A stretch of 63,979 nt of DNA, the filler included, from Octopus bimaculoides (Eukaryota), in assembly GCF_001194135.2 (NCBI RefSeq). It is 5 parts of 5 records of this genome, joined end to end, with 100 filler letters (N's around TTAATTAATTAA, not from the genome) between each part and the next. Parts side by side here need not be neighbours in the genome. Positions count along the whole stretch, not along the records: positions 1 to 26,734 come from NC_068984.1; 4 more parts are not named here. One strand, 5' to 3'. Positions 11,366 to 23,847 of the stretch are shown piece by piece (position 1 is the first letter of the stretch; the number at the start of each line of letters is the position of its first letter). The notes beneath the pieces were generated by a model, which saw nothing but the letters and a program-made list of their open reading frames with translations, was not told where the DNA came from and made no database searches. Position numbers and translations under genes: made by a program.

Positions 11366-13451
11366 ATATGAAGAAATCCAAGTCTTACTGAAAAGGGTTA
11401 CTTCAGTGTCTTAAAGACAGGTCTACAACGCTACAACGAGGTACTGTTACCAATTAAGTTCGTTTCACAATAATTGAAGTTTCTTTCAGGAACAGTCCCT
11501 GGGGCTGAAATACTCAGTCGTTGCAAGTCTATGTTAATCCTATCGCAACAATATATTCGAGAAAAAAATAGGCTAGACTGATATCTTTAAAAGTATGTAG
11601 GTTGCATGCAAGTTAACCTCATGTCAAAATCTTTCGTAATCTGAGGCTTGGTCTGTGTAACTAGTAGCCCGATCTTCATATCAAGATTTCTTCTAGTAGA
11701 TTGATTTGTTGACGTAGAAAGATATCCACATTTAACGAAAAAAAAACCCCCAAGAAAACAAGAGCAAAACAAAGTTGTAAAATATAAACAGACATAAAAA
11801 TCAAATGAAAATATTAAAGAAGCCAAACAGCGAAAGAGAAAAAGAAAAAGAGAAATATAAAACAGTTTGGTGTCTTTGGCTGCTAACTTTGACCTAATTT
11901 TCGAAAATTCGAGATGGAAAGAGATTGATGGCGCCATAGTTACTTCTACAAGCGAGTCACAGTAAACAAAGAAAATGTACAAGTGACTAGAGAATCCACA
12001 AAATATAAAGTTAGTTTTGTCAAGCATATTTTCCGCTGGATCCGTTATCGTGTTATAATTAAATTAAATGAGGATAGGGTTTCCATTAAGATGTTTATAA
12101 ACTACATTATAGGTTGGTTCTATGGTGGTGTTGGAAGAAAGGAGATGAAAGCTTAAATTGAAATCGGATACGTGCAACTTATACATATGCATACAGATAC
12201 GTAAGCTGAAAATATTTTTCATTTCGGGCAAAGATGTATGGCAGCGAGGCTTATTCAGATGGTGTTGCATCGCAAATGCTGAGAATGCAGATTTCAGTTC
12301 ATTGATAACATCGTCATCATTATTCAATTGACATATTTTTGAGGGCTAGTGGTCGTGGAGAGCGGTGTCTGAAATTTTATTGCTATTTTTATTTCGTTTT
12401 ACTTCTGGAATTAAATCCGTTTTAAGTTCTAGTCGAAAAAGAATTGAGTTCTATCCGGATGTGTGAAAAATCTCTTCATGATAAAACTATATAAGTAGGC
12501 ACTAAGTGGTCGCTCATCCTCCTAGAAATTGCAGTGGAATCTTCCTCAAATCGCCCTTCCGTCATACAAGCACACACTTAACAATGTTCTTCCGAGTACA
12601 GTTTGTTTTTGAATAAGATGCTACAACCATGGTCGAAACACCCTCGATCATGGCTCAACCTTGATCGCGGTCTTCTTGACCAAGGTTGAACAGACGCTAA
12701 GTTCTAAAATAGTTAGAATTTTATGAGTGGAAATTATGTTGAGTGATGCTACTTTTGAAAGTAGAAAGTAATGGAGAAAGTGTTATATTTTGTCCACACA
12801 CACAAAAACGATGATTGTGAAACAAATAAACCCAGAGTATTAGAGGCTTGAATAATCACTTCTACAAGCACGTTGTCCATAACAAAATTTACCTGTCACT
12901 TATCTACCTCCCTGTGCGTCAACGGCGCTTCTCACTTAAAGGGGGAGCTGTGGTATTTTGGAATTCTTTTTAAGGTCTTTTAATCCTTTTCTTCTCTTTG
13001 ATAAAGGGTTTTCACCCAAAGCATCAAATTTTCTTCTGTTTCTTTCTTTGACATGTTTATCTTCATTGAACACTTCTGGGATGGTTGTTTTCTCTTAATA
13101 CTTCTACGCCTTTTCAGACACGGCATTTCGCTTGACTGATAGCGTGTATTAATTGTTTGCTTGTCTCTTCGCCTTGCTCGTATTATTTGTGTGAATTTTA
13201 TCGATGTGTGTGTATGTGTGTGTGAGTGTGTGTATACATATACACGCATTTATAAATGTACGTATATATAGATAAATGATGGAAAATGGCATTAACAACA
13301 TTCTTTATTTTAAACAACTGCAATTGCTTCGAAACATTCTTACACTTTTTGTATATTATTGCTGACAAGCTTTGCATACCCGAATCTTACATAGTTGACG
13401 TCCCCATAACTTAGTGGTTTGGCAAAAGAGACAAATAGAATAAATACATAC

Positions 13452-14744
13452 ATATATCATCCCATAAGTTCTGTCCGATTTTACCTTTTTTAAAATTGAA
13501 TGAAATTTAATAATATTTTAGAATGTCTAATGGAATTAAAAATTATTTTTATGCATTTGTGTACATTTAAACAAATTAAATATTATTTTACAGAATAATA
13601 GAATTAAAATTTCTTTGATTAAAACCCTTTCTAACATGGAAGTATCCAAAGAGCATTTAAGGCACATAATGCTTTATGAGTACAAAAAAGGAAACTCCGC
13701 AGCCGAAGCGACTCGAAACATACACTCAGTTTATGGGAAAGAATGCTTGAATGAAAGAACTTGCAGAAGATGGNNNNNNNNNNNNNNNNNNNNNNNNNNN
13801 NNNNNNNNNNNNNNNNNNNNNNNNNNNNNNNNNNNNNNNNNNNNNNNNNNNNNNNNNNNNNNNNNNNNNNNNNNNNNNNNNNNNNNNNNNNNNNNNNNNN
13901 NNNNNNNNNNNNNNNNNNNNNNNNNNNNNNNNNNNNNNNNNNNNNNNNNNNNNNNNNNNNNNNNNNNNNNNNNNNNNNNNNNNNNNNNNNNNNNNNNNNN
14001 NNNNNNNNNNNNNNNNNNNNNNNNNNNNNNNNNNNNNNNNNNNNNNNNNNNNNNNNNNNNNNNNNNNNNNNNNNNNNNNNNNNNNNNNNNNNNNNNNNNN
14101 NNNNNNNNNNNNNNNNNNNNNNNNNNNNNNNNNNNNNNNNNNNNNNNNNNNNNNNNNNNNNNNNNNNNNNNNNNNNNNNNNNNNNNNNNNNNNNNNNNNN
14201 NNNNNNNNNNNNNNNNNNNNNNNNNNNNNNNNNNNNNNNNNNNNNNNNNNNNNNNNNNNNNNNNNNNNNNNNNNNNNNNNNNNNNNNNNNNNNNNNNNNN
14301 NNNNNNNNNNNNNNNNNNNNNNNNNNNNNNNNNNNNNNNNNNNNNNNNNNNNNNNNNNNNNNNNNNNNNNNNNNNNNNNNNNNNNNNNNNNCAAAGATCA
14401 CATCACAGAAGATCGAAGAGCTTGGTTGGGAAAAATTTCCTCATCCACCTTATTCTCCCGACCTTGCTCCTTCAGACTACCATTTGTTTCGTAGTTTACA
14501 GAATCATTTGGGGGACATAACTTTCACAAGCCAGGAGGAGGTCGAAACTGACATTTCAGAGTTCGTAGCTTTGAAATCAAAAGAATTTTACATTGATGAG
14601 ATTAAAAAGCTTGTAAAGTAGATGGAAAGAAGTCATAGATAATCAGGGAAAGTACATTGATGATTAAATTTCAATTAAATATAACATTTGATCACTTGTT
14701 TTCTTTATTCAAAATTCGGACAGAACTTATGAGATGACCTGATA
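13452..14744 (+). mobile_element. Full-length mariner (DD34D) DNA transposon, middle hidden by a gap
   Basis: Inverted termini tatatcatcccataagttctgtccgattt (~13452-13481) and aaattcggacagaacttatgagatgacctgata (~14712-14744); TA flanks; length ~1.29 kb. Confidence 0.9.
13636..14667 (+). pseudogene. Mariner transposase with a +1 frameshift near the C-terminus
   Basis: N-terminus MEVSKEHLRHIMLYEYKKGNSAAEATRNIHSVYG; C-terminus HPPYSPDLAPSDYHLFRSL. An extra A at ~14613 shifts the frame away from the SRWKEVIDNQGKYIDD* ending. Total span is ~343 codons. Confidence 0.85.
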
Positions 14745-16178
14745 CATACATATATGCACGCGCGCACACACACATGTACATATAAACCTGTTGAGCTGCA
14801 GCTATTCTTTCATTAATCCAGAAATCATGAAAGTTTCATTTATTTTTTTAATCCTTTAATTAACGTCACTAATTTAAAAAGAAAACGGTCATCCTGTGTC
14901 TTTCAACGGTAAACATAAAATGAGTCGCTCTAAGCTAGCGCTTTCTATAACAGCAATCTCTTTCGCAACCATTATTTTACTTTCTTCAGGCCAAAAATGA
15001 TCTTTAATCAGATTCTTTCCGAACCCTTTTGCTACCTCTAACTACAATATTATTGATATTGTTTCATAATTTTTTGAAGGACATCTTTTCGCATCTCAGC
15101 ATTACTTTTAAAACTGATCATCCTTATTCCTAGCTAGGAGCTAAACATTCAAATTACTGCTGGTAGTTTTTTTCCCTGAAATAATTGGAAGAAGGTGAGT
15201 AAATCGTTGATTTAGTAACACGCAAATGTTACACGTGAGTCCTAAGATCATATTCAGCTTCAAGACTGTATTTTTAAAGCATTTAACTTAATTATCTTAA
15301 TTTATCTAACTGAAAAACACTTGACGGCCCCTTTATGAAATTCAATCTTCTATAAATTAGCGTGTATCATGATAGAGATACCCGCCATCTTGTCACGTTA
15401 GAAACCGCACATATGTCAATGCTTGTCTCTTTCTCTCTGTCTCTCTGTCTCTCTCTCTCTTTCTCTTTCTCTCTCTTGCGCGCTCTCTCTCCCTCTCTCA
15501 CACATTATAATTTTCTTATATTAAAGGTTCATACCTTTCTATTCTATGTCATTTGAGCCAAGCGAACGAGCTTCAATGCGGTCGCTTATCCATTTAGTAA
15601 TAACAACCATATCACCTTCTAATCACACCCTACCACTATACAAAAAAAAAAAAAAGAAGAAGATAATGTGTCTAGAATATTGAATCCTGGACACCATATA
15701 CTTAAAAAAAAAATACGAAATGGTCACAGCAAAATCCTTTGCTTCACAGGGCTGCTCAATTAGGACTGACTTGGAGCGAATATCAACACCAACTCTATGT
15801 TACAAGAATTGTTATATTCAATTATCAGGATACAATGATCGATTCTCATTACAAGTAGAATATTACGCTGTGATAGTGGGCTGTGTAATATGTGAGATGT
15901 GGTGGAGATCAGTTTAGTTTTTACGAGTTGTAGATGCGATAGATCTTTCCCTTTGTGTATAACTCTTCAGTAAAACAAGATTTAGCTACAAGAGCCTCTT
16001 AACCAACTAATTAAACGCTCCCTAGTTAATTACTGCTTCTCTCTGAGTATTAAATGAACGAACTCTCTATGCAAGTTGTGCATGAAAGTGGTGGCCTGAT
16101 AGTTTGTGTGTCCCATTTGCATCCCTCTGTTATGCTAATCCCTTAAACATCCCTCGGTTGTACATTCATTAATGTTAT

Positions 16179-16312
16179 ATCGCCTGAAGAAATGAATCCA
16201 TGAAGATGATCAACCCGATGCCCACGGATACCACAGACTACACTGTAACCATCCCAGGATTCCGGACTGTGATCTTAAAAGACATGTGATTTGTGGAAAC
16301 GCGCGTAGCGAT
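16179..16312 (+). ncRNA. Candidate type I hammerhead ribozyme with extended helix II
   Basis: atcgc-CTGAAGA-(~105 nt imperfect hairpin)-GAAA-CGCGCG-TA-gcgat; helix I atcgc/gcgat; all core nucleotides present. Confidence 0.6.
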
Positions 16313-16512
16313 GCATTGAATTTTTATAAATTCCATCCAAGAATTATTGTTATTATTATCATATTTATCCTATATTATATCAGTACAGCTAGATGCAACC
16401 CCGCAAAACTGGTTCACCAGTCAGCATCAATAGACTGTGGCCGGCATAATGGAATAGGAGCTTTATTTGCATATTCAAAACGTTTCCCCGTAAACAAATT
16501 TAAAGGATATAT

Positions 16513-16739
16513 ATTCTTTTATTTCTTTCAGTCATTAGACTGCAGCCATGCTGGAGCATCGTGTTGAAGGGTTTGTGGTCGAATAAATCGCTCCTCAGTT
16601 CTTAATTTTTAAAGTGTGGTACTCATTCTATCAGTCTCTTTTATCAAACCGCTATTATTACTAGGACGTAAACAAACTAACACCAGTTGTGTAGAGACTA
16701 ACAGACACAAGGTCACCCGCACACATATGCACACATACA

Positions 16740-16773
<34 letters not shown>

Positions 16774-16888
16774 TATATACATATATATATATATACGACA
16801 AGCTTCCATACAGTTTTCGTCTGCCAAATTCACTTACAAGATCACGTGGTTCCAAAGCCAGCTTCTTAACCACGCAGCTATGCCTGCG
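16513..16888 (-). mobile_element. SINE family B (CORE-like, internal microsatellite), internally deleted copy
   Basis: Head cgcaggcatagctgcgtggttaagaagc, internal (TA)/(TG) tract, tail gctccagcatggctgcagtc. Confidence 0.8.
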
Positions 16889-18180
16889 CCTATATGTAAT
16901 ATATAAGTTTGATAATTGCCATGATTGTATGTATGTATGTTTGTATGTATGTATGTATGTAGGGAGGGACGGTGGGAGGTAGGTAGGTTAGAAAGTGCAT
17001 GCATGTATGTATATGTGAGAGAGGGAGAGGGGGATGGAGAGGGAGAAAAAGAGAAAAAAAATGAACATTTTCCATAAACCGAGTTTCCAAACTAAATACC
17101 CAAAAGATGATGAACTATTCAAACGTCTCATTTTATTGTAATAAGAATATTTTGGGCTAACCTTTACCGGTAAATATGAAACATTCTTTTACTGGTAAAA
17201 TATGTTGAGCAGTAGAAATAAAATGAAGATAACCAGTCGTAGCAATAAGTTACTAACAATAAAATGTGATGATAAAATGTTTTCGTTTTTCGCATATTCG
17301 GTTTCCGGAAGAGGGCGCGGAATCGCTTGAAAATTTAATACGACATTGTGACAATACACGAGAAGTTTGTAATGTCAAAGCATTTTTTGTTAAAAAATAC
17401 CCCCTAACTAACCTAATGTCTGTTTACTGTAATTTAATAGGTTTATGTATGTAACTGCATATGAATTTTTCTCGCATACACTCATTCTTCTTATCTTTCT
17501 ACTCTCCAAAGAGCATACACACATATAAACACAAACACGTGCACATGCTCACACATACACACTAACCCACAAACATATTTCTATTTATGTGTGTGTGTAA
17601 GTATGTATATGTGTGTGTATGTATGCATGTATGTATGTATAGATTGTTTAATAGGTGTACAGATTATATATATATGTATATATATGAATGAATATATATA
17701 CATATATATACATATATATACATATATACATATATATATAAATATATATANNNNNNNNNNNNNNNNNNNNNNNNNNNNNNNNNNNNNNNNNNNNNNNNNN
17801 NNNNNNNNNNNNNNNNNNNNNNNNNNNNNNNNNNNNNNNNNNNNNNNNNNNNNNNNNNNNNNNNNNNNNNNNNNNNNNNNNNNNNNNNNNNNNNNNNNNN
17901 NNNNNNNNNNNNNNNNNNNNNNNNNNNNNNNNNNNNNNNNNNNNNNNNNNNNNNNNNNNNNNNNNNNNNNNNNNNNNNNNNNNNNNNNNNNNNNNNNNNN
18001 NNNNNNNNNNNNNNNNNNNNNNNNNNNNNNNNNNNNNNNNNNNNNNNNNNNNNNNNNNNNNNNNNNNNNNNNNNNNNNNNNNNNNNNNNNNNNNNNNNNN
18101 NNNNNNNNNNNNNNNNNNNNNNNNNNNNNNNNNNNNNNNNNNNNNNNNNNNNNNNNNNNNNNNNNNNNNNNNNNNNNNNN

Positions 18181-18265
<85 letters not shown>

Positions 18266-18276
18266 TACATACATAT

Positions 18277-18644
18277 GTGGAGGCGCAATGGCCCAGTGGT
18301 TAGGGCAGCGGACTTGCAGTCATAAGATTGCGGTTTCGATTCCCAGACCGGGCGTTGTGAGTGTTTATTGAGCGAAAACACCTAAAGCTCCACGAGGCTC
18401 CGGCAGGGGGTGGTGAACCCTGCTGTACTCTTTCTCACACTTTCTTCCTGTTTCTGTTGTACCTTTATTTCAAAGGGCCAGCCTTATTACACTCTGTGTC
18501 ACGCTGAATCTCTCTGAGAACTACGTTAAGGGTACACGTGTCTGTGGAGTGCTCAGCCACTTTCACGTTAATTTCACGAACAGGCTGTTCCATTGATTGG
18601 ATCAACTGGAACCCTCGTCGTCGTAACCGACGGAGTGTCACAAC
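18277..18644 (+). mobile_element. SINE family A, full-length copy
   Basis: Collinear with 10068-10454 along its whole length. Confidence 0.9.
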
Positions 18645-19685
18645 GTATATATATATATATATATATATAGGTACATGCATGCATACATACGTACGTATAT
18701 ACATACACACTGACACTTATACGCATTTATATTTGTGCGCGTGTGTGTGTGTGCGTACGTATGGATATATAAGTATGCTTATNNNNNNNNNNNNNNNNNN
18801 NNNNNNNNNNNNNNNNNNNNNNNNNNNNNNNNNNNNNNNNNNNNNNNNNNNNNNNNNNNNNNNNNNNNNNNNNNNNNNNNNNNNNNNNNNNNNNNNNNNN
18901 NNNNNNNNNNNNNNNNNNNNNNNNNNNNNNNNNNNNNNNNNNNNNNNNNNNNNNNNNNNNNNNNNNNNNNNNNNNNNNNNNNNNNNNNNNNNNNNNNNNN
19001 NNNNNNNNNNNNNNNNNNNNNNNNNNNNNNNNNNNNNNNNNNNNNNNNNNNNNNNNNNNNNNNNNNNNNNNNNNNNNNNNNNNNNATCCACCCGCTTGCT
19101 GCTTGTCAAAACGAGCGGGAAATCCTCTGCACACCGGATGATTGATGAGGATACACTCTGTTGCAGGTTCAAGCTCCATCCCCACCCCCACACGTATTTA
19201 TATATATGTATATATTGTTGAGCTTAAGAGAACGTGTGCATTTTTCAATTCATACATGGGCGTACGCATGACATACGTACATATATTCATATACACACAC
19301 ATATCTATCTCACACACACAATTTCTCTCTTTCTATCTCTCTATTCCCCTCACGCACGTATACACACATATATAACACATGTATGTATGTATACTTGCGC
19401 ATCTCTATGCATGGTTGTATGCAATTATGAATATACGTATGGAAAGAGAGGGAGAAAGAGTAAGGTGAGAGGTTTTAATCACTATATATTTAGGGAGGAC
19501 AGAATGTATGGTAAATGCAAAGGTTAATTACAAGTAGATAATTGGTTCATATGTAGGAGAGGCAGAAAAGTGCCAGAAACCTTAAACCTTAAGATAATCA
19601 CAATTTTTTATGTCACTATGGCAGAATTCAGCTCCTCTTTCTACCGTAAAGCACAATAAAATATACAATATTATTGTCCCCATCT

Positions 19686-19890
19686 AAGGCTGCGAACTGG
19701 GAGAATCGTTAGTACACCGGACAAAATACTGAGTGACATTTCTTCCTGTTTTACGTCCTAAGTTCAAATTATGTCGAGGCTGATCTTGCCTTTCATCCTT
19801 TCGTAGTCAATAAAATAAACACTAGTCGAGTACTGGTGTCGATGTAATCGACTAACGCTATATTTCAATCCTTGTACCGATAGTAGAAAT
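19686..19890 (+). mobile_element. SINE family C monomer
   Basis: ggctgcgaactgggagaatcgttag...cttgcctttcatcctttcg...gtcgatgtaatcgact. Confidence 0.8.
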
Positions 19891-20052
19891 AACTGTCGTC
19901 TCCATTCATACTCAGAACGAATATCCTGAATTTTCACGAAAGAAAGAAATGGAGATATTACATTTATACGTTTAGTATTGTTGCAACTACTGTGATCTCA
20001 GCTGTTCGGTTTTCTTGTTAGTCTCTGCCACATCCAGGTATCTCCAACTCAC

Positions 20053-20380
20053 CCATCTCTTCTCTGCTAGTTACTTATATTGTTCTCCCTTCTAGAGAAC
20101 TCACACGAACTGCGTTCAATTCTTTCTCTTCCTTGTCGAGAATTCCTTCCCTGGTACTGTTTCTCCTGCAGCCATCAACTAGCAGCACTTCAAGAAAAAC
20201 ATTAACCAAGTCAATTTTACCAGTCTCGGAGAGCCTGCAAGGGATATGGAAATTATCCATCCATCCGTCCAGACCAAACCGATAAAAGAAATTACTTGTG
20301 TAAATAAAGTGAAAGCAAACCAAATCATGTAAGGGAACTCTTCTTGAAAGTTTGTTTTTTGCTCTATGGTATTAACCAAT
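20053..20380 (-). other. Candidate exon ending in ATGG|gtgagt
   Basis: Acceptors tcctccttgctcttgttgcag| (exon start 20380) and atttccatatcccttgcag| (20234); ATG at 20056-20054; donor gtgagt starting at 20052. Confidence 0.35.
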
Positions 20381-20563
20381 CTGCAACAAGAGCAAGGAGG
20401 ATTTTTTTTATTGATTTTTAGGAGTTAGGTACTGGTATGGGGATTTTCTTGGAACTACTTCGGTAGCGGCAGGTATTTCCACGTCCAGGTATGCTCGAGC
20501 GCCTTAAATATGACTTTTCACGAATACATTTTATTCAGGGAACATATTTTATTCAAGCTTACC

Positions 20564-20780
20564 ACATATTGCACACATCAGCATCCGTATCTTAAAGTCT
20601 TCTAATAAAAGAACCAGTTCGTTCCTGTAGGGCTTTGAATGATAGTTGATCAGGTGTTCGTAGTCGACGACGCGGAAGAGCGCAGAAATGCATGCGTTCT
20701 ACGTTCCAGTGACGTCATTCACAGCTCAGTGTGTCTTCACAGATGTCGCGTAGGAGGACAATTTTCTCCTGGGACTATTT
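20564..20780 (-). promoter_or_regulatory. CpG-rich promoter-like segment with a full CRE, ending in a splice donor
   Basis: TGACGTCA at 20710-20717 within a CG cluster; minus-strand donor gtg|gtaagc at 20564/20563. Confidence 0.35.
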
Positions 20781-20882
20781 CCACAGCAGAATGTGTTTTC
20801 CAAGCCCGAATGTGCTTGAGCATGTTTAATATAACTTTTCACAAATATACGTATGTATGTATGTAAAGTATATATGTGTGTT

Positions 20883-21212
20883 GTTATTGTTGTTGTTGGC
20901 ACTCCGTCGCTTACGACGTCGAGGGTTCCAGTTGATCCGATCAACGGAACAGCCCGCTCGTGAAATTAACGTGCAAATGGTTGAGCACTCCACAGACACG
21001 TGTACCCTTAACGTAGTTCTCGGAGATATTCAGCGTGACACAGTGTGACAAGGCTGACCCTTTGAAATACAGGCACAACAGAAACAGGAAGAAAGAGTGA
21101 GAGAAAGTTGTGGTGAAATAGTACAGCAGGGTTCGCCACCATCCCCTGCCGGAGCCTCGTGGAGCTTTAGGTGCTTTCGCTCAATAAACACTCACAACGC
21201 CCGGTCTGGGAA
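20883..21212 (-). mobile_element. SINE family A, 5'-truncated copy
   Basis: Reverse complement of family A, truncated within the B box (...gtctgggaat). Confidence 0.9.
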
Positions 21213-22631
21213 TATGTGTGTGTATGTATATAGAAAAAGACAATGATATTTAAAATTACATAAAATGCTGAAAACCCCAAAGAGCATTCTTTCTACAAGA
21301 AATACTTATAGTAACTGATTTTAGTCACAAAAGTGAGAGATCAAAATATATAGATAAAAGGAATCAGGTTATTTGACATTTACATTTTCTCAAAAACCAG
21401 ATTAGAGACTTCTTTACTGGAAACACAATTCATTTAAACAAAAAGTACAGTTAATGAGACAAATTTTGCACATTGATTGCTTTACACTTTTTATTAGTAT
21501 ACCTGAATTTCATAAAAAGTAAAATTTTCACATAAGTTATGGGGCTAATGAACATAATCCACATAATATCTTACAACAACCATCTTCAAAGGGTTATTTA
21601 TCTTAAAAATATGCGTCAGTAAAACGGAGTAAACAAAATACTCAAGAGACGATTATTTATTACAGCAATTAAAAAAAGTTAAATGTCTTTAACAAAACTA
21701 TTTCTGAGGTTCTTGGGTTGAGAGGTATCCCACAAAGGTCTTCATCTAAAAGCTCATTCGATATTTTTTCCATATTTCCTAAACTTCTTCCTATATAGCT
21801 ACGTTTTCAACTAACAGCCGAGTTTCTGACCCCTAATATAATTTGATATGTCTATAAATACAGCTTGTACCGATATGCCAGTCATACCCAGACAAAGATT
21901 TGAAGCTCTAATTATCAGATTTATGATTTCCAGTTAGAATTTTACGTTATTTAATAAAATAAAATATAAAATCAGGAAGAAATTACAAGTCAAAGTTATC
22001 ACATTTCAAGAAAAATATTTTCGTGAGTCGACCCATTTCCCACCCTTGGTTAGTTCCCCACACTTCAGTTTGAGTCTGCTAGTATTTTTATGAACTATGC
22101 TCTCTGTATGTCTCGCCATTAATACAAACTCTGGTTGGGATAGAAAATTCTGTATATTGCCTGATCTTCAACAATCCATGCGTGGTTAAACTCATAATGC
22201 AGCACGATCATAAACTTCTACACATCAAGCTAACGAGGAAACCTCGACAGTGTTGCTCGACTTACTAGAAATATCAGTTAAATTTCTAAAATTGGAAGAG
22301 CACAGTGAATCATGAAGTTCTAGGTATACTATACTTGAATTAAAGACAAGATGGTCACAGCTGGAACGCCTTTGATATGCTGAATCAAAGCTAATTTGGA
22401 GTTACACAATAAGAATAAATAAATTACACATCATATCATATCCAGTAACAGAAGATTGCTCAATAGTTTGGGTCTGTAGTCAGTCAGACAAATTCAGTTT
22501 TATTTTTTTACCAAGCACAAAGTCAAAAAGTTTAAAGTGAAAAGGAGAATGAGGTTTGTGACGTTTTGTCGAAATTAAAGTGACAGAGACTAGACAAAAA
22601 CAACGAAACTCAATCATAGGTCCAAGTAGTA

Positions 22632-22870
22632 AAGTAGTGAGCTGGCAGAATCGCTAACGTGTTGGACGAGAGGCCTAGTAGTATTTCTTCCGACTTATTA
22701 CGTTCAGAATTCAAGTTCAAGTTCAGACTGGAAATCATAAATCTGATATTTTGAGCAAAAACTTTGCCTCACCTCCCTCCGGAGCCGATGAAAGTACCAA
22801 TAAAGTACTGGATCGATTAAATCGATTAACTCCCTTCCCTCAAAACTGTTGCTTTGTGCTAAAATCAAAA
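22632..22870 (+). mobile_element. SINE family C monomer, diverged, with an internal insertion
   Basis: gtagtgagctggcagaatcgctaacg head and family C tail. Confidence 0.7.
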
Positions 22871-23069
22871 ATAGTTATTACTAATAATAGTGCCGAGTCA
22901 AAGAATCTCATGAGTATAGTCTACCTACCAATGAACACGCGGCAGGATCTCACGTAATGTAGTGAGTTAAAAACTTCGATTAACTTAAGATATGACAAAA
23001 AGAAGTCTTTCTGAGGCGCTTGAAAATCGAAATAACAGCAAGCAAGGGATATAACTCCAATACTATCAG

Positions 23070-23285
23070 CTCTTTTACTCTTTTACTCTTTTACTTGTTT
23101 CAGTCATTTGACTGCGGCCATGCTGGAGCACCGCCTTTAGTCGAGCAAATCGACCTCAAGACTTATTCTTTGTAAGCCTAGTACTTATTCTAACGGTTTC
23201 TTTTGACGAACTGCTAAGTTACAGGGACGTAAACACACAAGCATCAGTTGTCAAGCGATGTTGGGGGACAAACACAGACACACAA

Positions 23286-23318
<33 letters not shown>
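23070..23318 (-). mobile_element. SINE family B 3' half, head in a gap
   Basis: cttttactcttttacttgtttcagtcatttgactgcggccatgctggagcaccgcc... Confidence 0.85.
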
Positions 23319-23847
23319 NNNNNNNNNNNNNNNNNNNNNNNNNNNNNNNNNNNNNNNNNNNNNNNNNNNNNNNNNNNNNNNNNNNNNNNNNNNNNNNNNN
23401 NNNNNNNNNNNNNNNNNNNNNNNNNNNNNNNNNNNNNNNNNNNNNNNNNNNNNNNNNNNNNNNNNNNNNNNNNNNNNNNNNNNNNNNNNNNNNNNNNNNN
23501 NNNNNNNNNNNNNNNNNNNNNNNNNNNNNNNNNNNNNNNNNNNNNNNNNNNNNNNNNNNNNNNNNNNNNNNNNNNNNNNNNNNNNNNNNNNNNNNNNNNN
23601 NNNNNNNNNNNNNNNNNNNNNNNNNNNNNNNNNNNNNNNNNNNNNCAGCGTATTCAATGGACTTGAGAGGTCAAATGTTTTCCACGAAATAATTTCTTAC
23701 ATATCCTGTTTCATATAGGTTCCACATGTCATTTCTCTGCTACACCAAAGGTCTGGGAGAGGCATTGATAATCTGATCTGCAAATATAAATACTTGACAC
23801 ACGTTTCGCTTAGAAGTGCGTACGTTAGTGTTACATTCTTATCAAAT

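Noticed and set aside
13452-14744. Active or domesticated (SETMAR-like) transposase
   Set aside because: It has a frameshift near the C-terminus, retains both TIRs, shows no SET domain or splice fusion, and its middle is unsequenced.
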